From positions 1-57,581 of the forward strand of contig DUPX01000119.1 of NCBI GenBank assembly GCA_012838085.1: a DNA stretch of 57,581 bases, read 5' to 3'. The DNA is from Eubacteriaceae bacterium (GTDB lineage: Bacteria > Bacillota > Clostridia > Eubacteriales > Garciellaceae). The position numbers were made by a program, and so were the translations under genes. Shown in pieces: positions 22,101 through 30,420 of the stretch (positions are counted from its first letter, which is position 1; every line of letters begins with the position of its first letter). The notes below the pieces were generated by a model. It made no database searches. It saw only the letters and a list, made by a program, of their open reading frames with translations, and was not told where the DNA came from.

Positions 22101-24699
22101 TGCCAATATATTACCTGAAGAGGACTATATCCTTTTACTTAGTGTAGCCAGATTTATTCTTAGGAGTGATGAAGAAAACATTACTAAACAGTTGAAAATA
22201 GATAATAATGATTCCTCCCTTCCTCCGATTAAAAAGTTTACTACCCCAATAGAAAACTATCCACTATTAGAAGAAGAGGAAAAAGATTTATTTTTTTATA
22301 ACGGTTATGGTGGATTCACTAGGGATGGTGATGAATATATAATTGAGTTAAAGGATAATCTTCAGACACCCACCCCTTGGATTAATGTAATTTCTAATCC
22401 AGATTTTGGTTTTCAAGTATCAGAAAATGGATCGGGTTTTACTTGGGCAGAAAATAGCAGGGAAAACAAGCTTACTCCCTGGTCTAATGATCCTACCTCG
22501 GATCCTATTTCTGAAGTGATTTACATTAGAGATGAAGAAGATGGAAGAATCTGGTCTCCAACTGGTCTTCCTATCAGAGACCAAGGGAAATACTCTATTC
22601 ATCATGGTTGGGGTTATTCTGAGTTTTATCATGATAGCCATGGTATTAATCAAAATCTGATAATGTATGTACCACTAGAAGAGTCTATAAAGATAAATTT
22701 ATTAAAGCTGCATAATCATAGTGATAAGGAAAGAAGATTGAGTTTAACATATTATATAAGGCCTGTAATGGGGGTAGACCTGGATATTACATTACCTTTT
22801 ATTCTTACTGATTGGAATAAAGAAGGACAATGTATTTTAATAAAGAACCCCTATAATACGGAATATCCCCATTCAATTGTGGGTCTTTCCTGTTCAGAAG
22901 AAATAATATCTTATACAGGAGATAATGAAGAATTTTTGGGGAATCAGGGAAGCTTGGTTAGTCCTAAGGGGTTAATGAGGGAGGCCCTATCTAATAGAGT
23001 AGGAGGGGGTCTTGATCCCTGTGGAGCTATTCAAATAGATATAAAACTCCAGCCAAATGAGAAAAAAAGTATTGGTTTTCTTTTAAGTTATGGTAAGGAT
23101 ATTGAAGAAATAAAGAGTTTGTTAGCACAACATAAGGATATAGAGTATTTGGAAAAGATATTAAGGGAAACAAAAAATTATTGGAGAAATCTCTTAGGCA
23201 AGGTAAAAGTAAGCACTCCTGATGTTTCTATGGATTATTTATTGAATGGGTGGTTATTATATCAAGCAATTGCCTGCAGGTTGTGGGCAAGATCAGCTTT
23301 TTATCAATCTGGTGGGGCATATGGATTTAGAGATCAGCTACAGGACACTATGAATATTTTGCCAATATTTCCCCAGGCATCAAGAGAACAAATATTAATT
23401 AATTGTGCCCATCAATTTTTAGAGGGGGATGTCCAGCACTGGTGGCATCCAGGAGCAGAAGAGAAAGGAATTCGTACCCGCTTTACTGACGATTTGCTGT
23501 GGCTTCCCCTATGTGTGACTGAATATATAGAACAAACAGAGGATTATAGTATTTTATTAGAAGAAGTGCCCTATTTGGAGGAAGAACCTTTGGAGGAAGG
23601 ACAGGATGAAAGGTATGGGGTACCAAGGATTTCTGAGTATTCTGGCACAGTATATGAACATTGTATAAGGGCAATTGATAGAGGGTTAAAATTTGGAGAA
23701 CATGGAATCCCTCTAATGGGTTCAGGGGATTGGAATGACGGTATGAGTACAGTGGGCAATAAAGGAAAGGGAGAAAGTATCTGGCTAGGATGGTTTATAT
23801 ACTTGATTTTAAACCGATTTATACCCTTATGTGAATTAAAGAAGGATACAGAAAGGGCAGAAAACTATAAAAGGAAAGCAGAGTATATTAGGGAAAATAT
23901 TGAATCAAATGGTTGGGATGGTAATTGGTATAGGAGGGCATATTTTGATGATGGAACCCCTTTAGGCTCTATTGAAAATGATGAATGTATGATTGATTCA
24001 TTAGCCCAGTCCTGGGCAATTATTTCAGGAGGAGGGAGCAAGGAGAGAAGTCGGAGGGCAATGAATGCAGTGGAACAACATCTAGTAAAGAAAAATGAGG
24101 GGCTGATTTTATTATTTACTCCCCCCTTTGATGATGGAGAATTGAAGCCAGGTTATATAAAGGGATATGTGCCAGGTGTACGGGAAAATGGTGGTCAATA
24201 TACCCATGGGGCTACCTGGGTAATAAATGCACTGGCAATGTTGGGGGAAGGAGAAAAGGCTGTAGAGTATTTTAATTTAATAAATCCTATAAATCATAGT
24301 CGTACCCAAATAGAATGTGCCACTTATAAGGTAGAGCCTTATGTAATGGCAGCAGATGTATATGCAGTTTCTCCCCATATTGGCCGAGGGGGATGGACAT
24401 GGTATACAGGAGCGGCAGGTTGGATGTATACAGTAGGTATTAAGTATATTTTAGGGTTACAACCTAGGGGGGATAAACTATATATTAATCCATGTATTCC
24501 TAAGGAATGGAAAGAATATAAATTAAGCTATAGGTATGGTAATAGTAGATATATTATTAGAGTATTAAATCCCCATGGGCTTAGTAGGGGAGTGGCCAAT
24601 ATAAAAATAGATGGAAAATCCCTAAGGGAAAACTATATTCCCTTAAGGGAGGATAAAAAACAATATGAGGTAGAAGTAGTTATAAATAAAGCAGGGTAG
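16150..24699 (+). CDS. cgs: Cyclic beta-1,2-glucan synthase-like giant multidomain protein (GT84-like + (alpha/alpha)6 middle domain + GH94 phosphorylase-like C-terminus)
   Basis: 2849 aa. TM segments flank a GT-A region (ITLDRDTILP, GYGLIQPRI, LHRWVRGDWQ). The middle region has SPTNIGFLLMAIL, VDSGNF and SWTGTMFEYLMPPL. The C-terminal GH94-like region has RDQLQD, SGDWNDGMS and GGQYTHGATW. Confidence 0.8.
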   Translation: MIEINDVLLSPEQLQQHGIRIAENHRLSSKEKTAVSLKGRLKKNYDEIFNIYKNLNKDIKEDIYLTPPCEWLLDNFYIIENQVKSIYHGLSRERTQKLKVLDNNNFKGILRIYALSLEMVSHSDGRIDEKLILDFLEAYQTRKTLTIAELWVLPLMLVIALIENINIISKKVENSQSQLRIIKEWEGLEKEHLFISIKKHIETKKSIHPILAEFLVKILKKNSIHNKEFEAYLLEKLEKREENIEDIIQQSYHQQAARKVSIGNSITSIHTIENLNWNNIVEKLSVVERILRMDPAGIYSRMDFESRDYYRREIIAIAKECGVAESYVAKKAIDCAKNFADKNVILKRKHVGFYLIDSGKKQLYNSLGKKNRVVIVEKLSSYTLPIFISIAFLATLLGIYGYFKYMENNPSVANGVSLSGFIILLSLIPLSDISIGLYNWLHIKNTKPRFVPKLTFPNGIGEENATLIVMPTLLSDPEDVEGTINQLEVHYLSNRDENFYFAIAGDFIDGDREHLSQDQEILDRAKIAIEHLNKKYEKNPFLYFHRHRIKSETQNRWMGWERKRGALIELNNLLRGEKNTSYSYIVGDLSKLSKIKYVITLDRDTILPIEEGKKLVGAIAHPLHQPIINTEKNVVVEGYGLIQPRINLDIKSVNKTYLSRIFAGQGGIDPYTTAISDVYQDLFGEGIFTGKGIYHIDTFRKCLGDSLPTNSILSHDLLEGSYLRTGLASDIQLIDGYPSNYNSYMARLHRWVRGDWQLIQWLSNWVIDGKGKRVKNPINSISKWKILDNLRRSLVSTFNLAFIILALLFFPGNIFVWLVLPLFSIFFPTILGIFNLLTRKDRIIARERFNGNMVFGLKASLYQSLLSYIFLVHHSYVMMDAIIRTLYRVKISNKNLLEWKTAAEVEKDITNDTQGYFIRMKWSFLTSILFIFFSLWANPLRFSIAIILSLPWLFSPFIAKKVSEEKVLIEDIRKEDKIVLDRLCRKMWAYYEDFAGEQDNFLPPDNYQVEPHNGIAHRTSPTNIGFLLMAILSAKDFGYITILEMLKKIKDTLTTIKKLKTWNGHLYNWYDTQSLEVLNPHYISTVDSGNFIAYLMTLKAGLKECLNSNLININNVKGLASVLRLSRVKDSGIIKNIIDKSEEESISLQEWIDLLELADTIECSDEYWYKKLIILVNESKYLLRKFFPKILLNKRKTLDKEVINSLDFIQKNNSLLDLEISYKELRVRLINLDQNENRTIDLDIKEIIKDLEGCLENIDQVKNNIYDYIMDVKNIIKDTDFSQLYSEERQLFSIGYNAQEEKLTDSYYDLLASEARIISYLAIVQGKVPKKHWFKLSRPLTKVNGYQSLVSWTGTMFEYLMPPLIMNHYENTLLSETYKTAVAAQIKYGRERKVPWGTSESGYYAFDLSLNYQYKAFGVPELGLKRGLKTDMVVSPYSSLLALPIAPIEAMNNIYDLIGSDLEGKYGLYEAVDYTVKRLPRGRNKMIIMSFMAHHQGMGIMVLNNMLNDNIMKKRFHSHPVIKAGESLLQEKVPLGVITTKDYKEEIQPMDQEDRKVNEVDIERIFEWAPEEPPHYHILTNGFYQVMITTLGTGFSRAGDMQITRWREGSHNNYGNFIFIKNLKNNKIWSTTERPIGKKTDKYRVVFSEDKGEFIRKDDNIECHTEIVISTEHPVEIRKLTITNHETLEQELEVTSYLELVLAPQSADIAHPAFNNLFVRTEKMEGIDGIMASRRPRGDFKKENWYFHILTIDGKRIGNFEYETSRNNFIGRARVLSNAEKLHLPLDNSIGAVLDPIISLRSKVKVPAQDSITLTFVNGIGDTKEQVRLLALKYSEPLSVKQAFQLSKIRNQIQVQNLDMSLKEIILYQDMLSHILKLSPLRRKLSDYLKQNAQGQNCLWAYGISGDLPIVLISVSAIHEMDMVEQIIKAHKYWRTKGLKVDLILLNEDESSYYQPLEEMLKEEIFNLGCGDLINQYGGLFILNANILPEEDYILLLSVARFILRSDEENITKQLKIDNNDSSLPPIKKFTTPIENYPLLEEEEKDLFFYNGYGGFTRDGDEYIIELKDNLQTPTPWINVISNPDFGFQVSENGSGFTWAENSRENKLTPWSNDPTSDPISEVIYIRDEEDGRIWSPTGLPIRDQGKYSIHHGWGYSEFYHDSHGINQNLIMYVPLEESIKINLLKLHNHSDKERRLSLTYYIRPVMGVDLDITLPFILTDWNKEGQCILIKNPYNTEYPHSIVGLSCSEEIISYTGDNEEFLGNQGSLVSPKGLMREALSNRVGGGLDPCGAIQIDIKLQPNEKKSIGFLLSYGKDIEEIKSLLAQHKDIEYLEKILRETKNYWRNLLGKVKVSTPDVSMDYLLNGWLLYQAIACRLWARSAFYQSGGAYGFRDQLQDTMNILPIFPQASREQILINCAHQFLEGDVQHWWHPGAEEKGIRTRFTDDLLWLPLCVTEYIEQTEDYSILLEEVPYLEEEPLEEGQDERYGVPRISEYSGTVYEHCIRAIDRGLKFGEHGIPLMGSGDWNDGMSTVGNKGKGESIWLGWFIYLILNRFIPLCELKKDTERAENYKRKAEYIRENIESNGWDGNWYRRAYFDDGTPLGSIENDECMIDSLAQSWAIISGGGSKERSRRAMNAVEQHLVKKNEGLILLFTPPFDDGELKPGYIKGYVPGVRENGGQYTHGATWVINALAMLGEGEKAVEYFNLINPINHSRTQIECATYKVEPYVMAADVYAVSPHIGRGGWTWYTGAAGWMYTVGIKYILGLQPRGDKLYINPCIPKEWKEYKLSYRYGNSRYIIRVLNPHGLSRGVANIKIDGKSLRENYIPLREDKKQYEVEVVINKAG

Positions 24700-24714
24700 T
24701 CTTGACTATCCTGC
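24691..24714. terminator. Hairpin in the 22-nt gap between convergent cgs and sorC-type genes
   Basis: GCAGGGTA pairs with TATCCTGC (8 bp, one GU). The hairpin overlaps the cgs stop codon. There is no clear U-tract. Confidence 0.35.
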
Positions 24715-24721
24715 TAATTGC

Positions 24722-25699
24722 CTATAGGGAAACATTGTTATAACTATTTAAAATATCTTTAGCAACCTGTTCTTCTGTAATTAGAACATTCATAATTTTA
24801 CTTTTTAATGCAGAGTGTATAATAGCAGAGTTTTCACTACCACCACTTATGGCTATACGATATTTAATATTTTTCAACTTGTTCCTATCAACGGCAATGG
24901 TTCTATTGCTAATTTCAGAATCTACAAAATTTCCTGCCTTATCAAAGAACCATGTACCCATATTTCCTATGGCACTACTTTCAATCAAACCTTCATAATC
25001 AAGTTTTGTAAACATATTAACATCTTTCATAATGGAATTATTTATATTACCAATACCGAATAGGGCTATATCTGACTTCTCAGCAGATTCTAAGGCTGCT
25101 GATATATTTTTCTCTTTAATAAGCATATCCCGTAGTTCTTTTGAAGATACATATAAGGGTGCATTTATTGCTAATGCTTGACCATTTAAGTTTTTTGCCA
25201 GTCTATGACATATCATATTTGGCTGGAAATCATTCTGTAAATAATCAATGCAACCTATAAGAGGAGCTACTATAATATTTTCCTTAGGGTGGTGCTGATA
25301 TCTGATTGCCATTTCATATAATATCTTACCCCAAGAAAGGGTAATAGTCATATTGTCTTCCAAGATTTGATTTAAATATTCACTGGCGGCATCTGCAAGT
25401 TGTATTGCAATATCTTGACTTTTTATTTTTTCACTATGGGTAGGAATTACGATTGCTCTTTTTAATCCCCAGAGTCTTTCCAGCTTTCTTTCTAAGTCAA
25501 AACAATATAGCCCTGAATTTTTAATTTGAATTTGGACTATATCCTTCAACCTTGCCTCGCTTAATAGGAGGGATACCATGGAACGGGAAATAGACATTTT
25601 TTTTGCGATAGTACTTTGTTGAAGACCATCTATGTAATACATATAAGCAACTTCTACAAGCCTTCTTTGTCTTTGATCATGGACCATAAACAAGTTCAT
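24722..25699 (-). CDS. SorC/DeoR(Bsu)/CggR-family sugar-binding transcriptional regulator
   Basis: N-terminal HTH (VAYMYYIDGLQQSTIAKKMSISRSMVSLLL) and a C-terminal sugar-phosphate-binding domain. The start is ambiguous between 25699 and 25687; the ORF-track extension to 25777 is unlikely. Confidence 0.75.
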   Translation of the reverse strand: MNLFMVHDQRQRRLVEVAYMYYIDGLQQSTIAKKMSISRSMVSLLLSEARLKDIVQIQIKNSGLYCFDLERKLERLWGLKRAIVIPTHSEKIKSQDIAIQLADAASEYLNQILEDNMTITLSWGKILYEMAIRYQHHPKENIIVAPLIGCIDYLQNDFQPNMICHRLAKNLNGQALAINAPLYVSSKELRDMLIKEKNISAALESAEKSDIALFGIGNINNSIMKDVNMFTKLDYEGLIESSAIGNMGTWFFDKAGNFVDSEISNRTIAVDRNKLKNIKYRIAISGGSENSAIIHSALKSKIMNVLITEEQVAKDILNSYNNVSL

Positions 25700-25978
25700 C
25701 CTTTCATGATTTATATGAATAAATTCAAGAATAATATAGTAAAAGTTTAAAATAGCATCATATGAGTATTTTAGCATAAAAAATGTAAAAATAGTTATAA
25801 TAAAAAAGAAAGATTTTACAATCTTGTATAGAATACATATAATGGAATTAGATTATGTTAATAAGACTGTATAAATTTTAACAAAATCTAAAAATTCTAT
25901 TTAAATTTCTTAATATTTATGTTATACTAAAATTGTACTAAAAGCAATGACTAAAAAAAATCAAGGAGGGAACAAAAA

Positions 25979-27220
25979 ATGAACAGAGAAGATGCTAATA
26001 AAGAAGTACTTAAACGCTTGCAAGATTCTGAAGTTTTTGTTGTAGGCATGGGCATCGCATTGGATGTAGTGCCTGGTATGAAGAAAAACCTAATAATGCA
26101 CGCTGGTCCACCTATTGAGTGGGAAAGAATGTGCGGCCCTATGCAAGGTGCTGTAGTTGGTGCTTTAATATATGAAGGTTTAGCAGAAAATGAAGAAGAT
26201 GCTAGAAAGTTAGCTGCTAGTGGAGAAATTGAATTTGCACCAAACCATCATCACCAATCAATAGGACCAATGGCAGGAGTAATATCCCCATCAATGCCAG
26301 TCTATATACTTCAAAACCGTACTTATGGAAACTATTCCTATACTAATATGAATGAAGGTTTAGGAAAATGTCTCAGATTTGGGGCCTTTGATGAAAATGT
26401 TATCAGCAGATTAAAGTGGATGGAAAAAACCCTTTATCCTATTATGAAGGAAGCTATAGAGCTTTCTGAGGGTATAGATATGAAATCAATGGTTGTACAA
26501 GCCCTACAATCTGGTGATGATTGTCATAATAGAAATAGAGCAACTACTGCGTTATTTGCTAAGCAAATAGCTCCATTTATTGCTTTAACAGGTGCTGATA
26601 AAAAAGACATATCAGATGTATTTAAGTTTATAGACGGTAATGAACACTTTGCAATTAATATTACTATGGGTATGTGCAAGGCTATTGCAGATGCGGCCCA
26701 TGGAATTGAAAATAGTACAATTGTTACAGCTATGTGTAGAAATGGTACGGACTTTGGAATAAGAATTAGTGGATTGGGAGATAAATGGTTTACAGCTCCA
26801 GCTAATACTCCAGTAGGACTATTTTTCCCAGGCTTTACTCAAGAAGATGCTAACCCAGATATAGGAGACAGTACTATTACAGAAACTGTAGGTATTGGTG
26901 GATTTGCTATGGCAGCAGCTCCAGCTATTGTGAAATTTGTTGGAGGAACTCCAAAGGATGCTATTAATTTCACCTTAGAAATGTATGAAATAACCTCTAC
27001 TGAAAATGATAACTTTAAGATTCCTACATTAGACTTTAGAGGTACTCCTACAGGTATTGATTTAATAAAGGTATTGGAAACAGGTATACTTCCAAGAATC
27101 AATACTGGTATGGCTCATAAGGAACCAGGTATTGGCCAAGTAGGTGCAGGATTAGTACAAGCACCAATGGATTGCTTTATGAAAGCAGCTGAGTATATGG
27201 CAGAGCAAATGGAAGACTAA
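25979..27220 (+). CDS. DUF1116 (YlbE/AllG-like) protein
   Basis: 413 aa. HAGPPIEWERMCGPMQGAVVGALIYEGLA and the overall length resemble E. coli YlbE-type DUF1116 proteins. Strong AAGGAGGG SD. Confidence 0.65.
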   Translation: MNREDANKEVLKRLQDSEVFVVGMGIALDVVPGMKKNLIMHAGPPIEWERMCGPMQGAVVGALIYEGLAENEEDARKLAASGEIEFAPNHHHQSIGPMAGVISPSMPVYILQNRTYGNYSYTNMNEGLGKCLRFGAFDENVISRLKWMEKTLYPIMKEAIELSEGIDMKSMVVQALQSGDDCHNRNRATTALFAKQIAPFIALTGADKKDISDVFKFIDGNEHFAINITMGMCKAIADAAHGIENSTIVTAMCRNGTDFGIRISGLGDKWFTAPANTPVGLFFPGFTQEDANPDIGDSTITETVGIGGFAMAAAPAIVKFVGGTPKDAINFTLEMYEITSTENDNFKIPTLDFRGTPTGIDLIKVLETGILPRINTGMAHKEPGIGQVGAGLVQAPMDCFMKAAEYMAEQMED

Positions 27221-27285
27221 ATAAGCATTATACCCGAAAGGGTTAATAAAATATATTTTTTAAATACAAAAGGAGGGTTTTATTT

Positions 27286-28080
27286 ATGACAAAAAAATTA
27301 TATGACTTATCACAAAACCTTGGGGTAGATACACAGTTTTGGCCTTTTTATCCACCCTTTGAGTCAAAGTATTTCAAGAGAAAGCCTGAGCATGGTGTTA
27401 ATGCTCAATATATCCAAACTTCAAACCACATAGGAACTCACTTAGATGCTCCACGACACTTTATTACTGATGGAATGACCATTGATCAAATTCCACTAGA
27501 GTGGTTATATGGACCTGGAGTTATAGTAGACTTAACTGATGAAATGGACGATTTAGCAGTATATACTCCAGAAATGATTGAAAAAAGAGTAGAAGTTAAA
27601 GAAGGGGATATCCTAATACTTCATACAGGATGGCATAAATATGCAACTGGTGGATCAGAACCAGATGAAGAAAGATATATCCATTTACATCCAGGCGCTC
27701 ATCCTGATATGGTTCCATGGCTACTTGAAAAGAAAATCAAGTTATGGGCTGTTGATGCTGTGTCCACTGACCATCCAATGGACTTACCTATTGGAAGATT
27801 CTTAGGTAAAGGTACCTTTGGACAATGTGAAAGAGTTAGAGCTATAGCTGAAAAGAAATTCGGTGGTAAAGAAGCTGTTGATAAATTATTCCCAGTAGAA
27901 GACTACCAATTAACTCATAATAAGCTATTTAAACATAATTGCTTCCACGGAGAAAACCTAGGTGGGGAAATTAGTGCACCAGAACTACAAAATAAGAGAT
28001 TAACTGTAGGACTTTTCCCATGGAAATTTGAAGGTGGAGAAGCAGCATTCTGTAGAGCAGTTGCATTCTTAGAAGACTAA
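27286..28080 (+). CDS. Cyclase-family metal-dependent hydrolase (kynurenine formamidase / isatin hydrolase fold, PF04199-like)
   Basis: Signature HIGTHLDAPRHF (HxGTHxDxPxH) plus a downstream DAVSTDHP motif. Confidence 0.8.
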   Translation: MTKKLYDLSQNLGVDTQFWPFYPPFESKYFKRKPEHGVNAQYIQTSNHIGTHLDAPRHFITDGMTIDQIPLEWLYGPGVIVDLTDEMDDLAVYTPEMIEKRVEVKEGDILILHTGWHKYATGGSEPDEERYIHLHPGAHPDMVPWLLEKKIKLWAVDAVSTDHPMDLPIGRFLGKGTFGQCERVRAIAEKKFGGKEAVDKLFPVEDYQLTHNKLFKHNCFHGENLGGEISAPELQNKRLTVGLFPWKFEGGEAAFCRAVAFLED

Positions 28081-28100
28081 GATTTTATTAGTTTACAATT

Positions 28101-28133
28101 ATTAGCTACTGGGGAATTTCCCCAGTAGCTAAT
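28101..28133 (+). other. 14-bp perfect hairpin without a U-tract, after the cyclase gene
   Basis: ATTAGCTACTGGGG-AATTT-CCCCAGTAGCTAAT. It is followed by AAAAATC, so it is not a canonical intrinsic terminator on either strand. Confidence 0.6.
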
Positions 28134-28375
28134 AAAAATCATCACCCATCTGGAAAAATTGAAATCATTATACGTTATAAATAAAGTAGTATATAACAAC
28201 TTGGATGAAAAAAGCCATAAAGCCACATAAAGCCAATAAAATATTAAGTGTTGGCAAGTATTGCTTAGGCTGTACGTAGTTTTAATAAAGGCTTAATTTC
28301 TAGCCTTAAAAGAATAGATAAAAAAGTTTTTTTATTCCCTCCAAGGGAAAATATAAACTATTTAGGAGGAAACTC

Positions 28376-29782
28376 ATGTCTCAAGATAGAAAAGAGAAAA
28401 GAAGATTACATGGCGAACAGCCTGTATGGGATGAAAACCCAAGAATAATTGAGCCTATTTTAGGTATCGAAGACAAACCAAATACTTGGTGGGAAAGTTT
28501 ATTATATGGTTGGCAACATACATTAGTGGACATATCCCCCTTTGTTTTACCTCTTTTAGTAGCTGCTGCTGCAGGACTTTCTCCAGAGGAAGGTGCAATA
28601 TGGGTAAACCGAGGCCTTTTCACTATGGGTATAGCTACATTTATTATGACAACTATAGGAAATAGACTTCCAATTGTTCAGGGGCCATCAGCAACAGTTA
28701 CTGGGGCGGTAGCTTCAGTTGCAGGATTATATGGACTACCTGCTATGTGGGGTGGAATTTTCGTTGGTAGTATTACCGAGATGCTTATCGGTGCTTCAGG
28801 TCTTTTAGGGGTACTTAGAAAAGTTTTCCCAGTAATTGTCTCTGGTATTGTGGTTGTAACCATAGGATTTTCCTTGGGTAGAACTGCTGTTGGTTGGATG
28901 ATTGGTGATGGTAGTATAGAAAATATTATTTTAGGCGTATCAGTTATATTGTTAATATTTATTTTACAATTTACTACTAAAAATATTGCAGGAGGCATAA
29001 TTTCCAGAGGATCTATATTTTTCTCCATTTGGATTATTGGTTTAGGAATGGCTGGGGTTATGGGTATGGTAAACTGGCAATTAATAGCTGATAGCCCATG
29101 GTTTGCGCTTCCATCCCTATTCCCATATGGTGGACCTGGGTTTGGATGGACCTTTGGTATAGGAGCAATAATAGGGGTATTTGTAGGTATATTAGGCTCT
29201 ATTATTGAATCAATAGGTGACTATGCTGCTACTTGTGCAGTTGCTGGAGAAACTTTTAGAGTAAAACACATGAATAGGGGTATTTTTGCCGAAGGTCTAG
29301 GCTGTGTTGTTGCTAGTTTCTTTGGTGGTATTCCAGTAACTAGTTATACTCAAAACATTGGTATCATTGGTACTACAAAAATAGCTTCAAGATTTGTTGT
29401 TCAAGTTGCTGCTGTAATTTTATTGCTTTATGGATTAAGTCCTAAGTTTGGTGCATTATTAGTTGCAATACCTAGACCAGTAATTGGTGCAGTATTTGTA
29501 GTAGTATGTGGTACAATAGCTGTGTCTGGAATCCAACTAATAGGTTCCGCAAAGCAAACCACAGCAAACTCTTTTATAGTAGGTACAACATTATTATTCT
29601 CTATAATTATTCCTATATATGCCCAATATGATATGGGTGAAATTGTTAACAATTTACCTTCATTAGTTCAATTATTCTTAACAAATACAGTTATCATAGC
29701 TGTTATTATGGGTATTGGATTAAACCTACTTATAAATGTATTATTTAAAGGTGAAGAAGAGGATGAAGAAATAGTAAGTTAA
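28376..29782 (+). CDS. NCS2-family nucleobase:cation symporter (xanthine/uracil/SLC23-type permease)
   Basis: About 12-14 TM segments. Contains LPIVQGPSATV, and IESIGDYAA and TSYTQNIG, which are characteristic of NCS2 permeases. Confidence 0.85.
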   Translation: MSQDRKEKRRLHGEQPVWDENPRIIEPILGIEDKPNTWWESLLYGWQHTLVDISPFVLPLLVAAAAGLSPEEGAIWVNRGLFTMGIATFIMTTIGNRLPIVQGPSATVTGAVASVAGLYGLPAMWGGIFVGSITEMLIGASGLLGVLRKVFPVIVSGIVVVTIGFSLGRTAVGWMIGDGSIENIILGVSVILLIFILQFTTKNIAGGIISRGSIFFSIWIIGLGMAGVMGMVNWQLIADSPWFALPSLFPYGGPGFGWTFGIGAIIGVFVGILGSIIESIGDYAATCAVAGETFRVKHMNRGIFAEGLGCVVASFFGGIPVTSYTQNIGIIGTTKIASRFVVQVAAVILLLYGLSPKFGALLVAIPRPVIGAVFVVVCGTIAVSGIQLIGSAKQTTANSFIVGTTLLFSIIIPIYAQYDMGEIVNNLPSLVQLFLTNTVIIAVIMGIGLNLLINVLFKGEEEDEEIVS

Positions 29783-29894
29783 TCTTATAATTATATGAAT
29801 TTAATAAATAGGGAGAAGAAATAATTAATTCTTCTCCCTATTTTCTTAATTTGAAGAAACAATATATTCTATTAGAAATGTACGGGGTGAGAAA

Positions 29895-30407
29895 ATGTCT
29901 TTATTAGATAAGGATTCCAGAATTATAATGGCTTCAGAGTTGGCAAGAGAATATAAACTAAAAGAATACCATTGTTCTGAATCTGCTATTCGAGCCTGCG
30001 CCCAGGCTTTGGATATAGACCTTCCTGAGGGTGTGATAAAAGCAGCTTGCGGATTTAGGGGTGGGGGAGGTGGTTATCTAGATCGTTGTGGAATTATTGA
30101 GGCAGGGAGTATGCTTATTTCATATTTATATGGACGAACATCACCAGATGAGCCAGATTGGCCATATAGCTATCTTATATGTTTACTACATGATAGATTT
30201 AAGGAATGTTTTGGTTCTATATATTGCCGAGATATCTTTCCTGAAGCTAGCAAGGACAAGAGTCTTCCTTCTTGTATCAACACATATACTCAAGGGTGTG
30301 AAATAATCACAAAATTATTATTAGAGGTGGATGAACTACTAGATAATGCACCAGAAATTGTTCGCCAGAACGGTGTTTTTTGGAAGGATGTAGTAAATAA
30401 GTTGTAG
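29895..30407 (+). CDS. C_GCAxxG_C_C family (putative redox-active) protein
   Basis: Cys pattern CSESAIRAC...AACGFRGGGGG...RCGIIEAG...YCRDIF fits the C-GCAxxG-C-C family layout. Confidence 0.7.
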   Translation: MSLLDKDSRIIMASELAREYKLKEYHCSESAIRACAQALDIDLPEGVIKAACGFRGGGGGYLDRCGIIEAGSMLISYLYGRTSPDEPDWPYSYLICLLHDRFKECFGSIYCRDIFPEASKDKSLPSCINTYTQGCEIITKLLLEVDELLDNAPEIVRQNGVFWKDVVNKL

Positions 30408-30420
30408 AAAGATTATCTAA

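Noticed and set aside
16566-23759. Nine short minus-strand ORFs (61-118 aa) inside the giant cgs gene
   Set aside because: All are antisense to a continuously motif-bearing 2849-aa frame. None has an SD or a recognisable motif. Such ORFs are expected by chance in AT-rich DNA.
28205-28279. 24-codon ORF ending YCLGCT as a possible RiPP precursor or leader peptide
   Set aside because: It has no SD, and no modification, export or immunity genes lie nearby. The sequence is partly generated by the AAAGCC repeats. I kept it only as a minor note within a finding.
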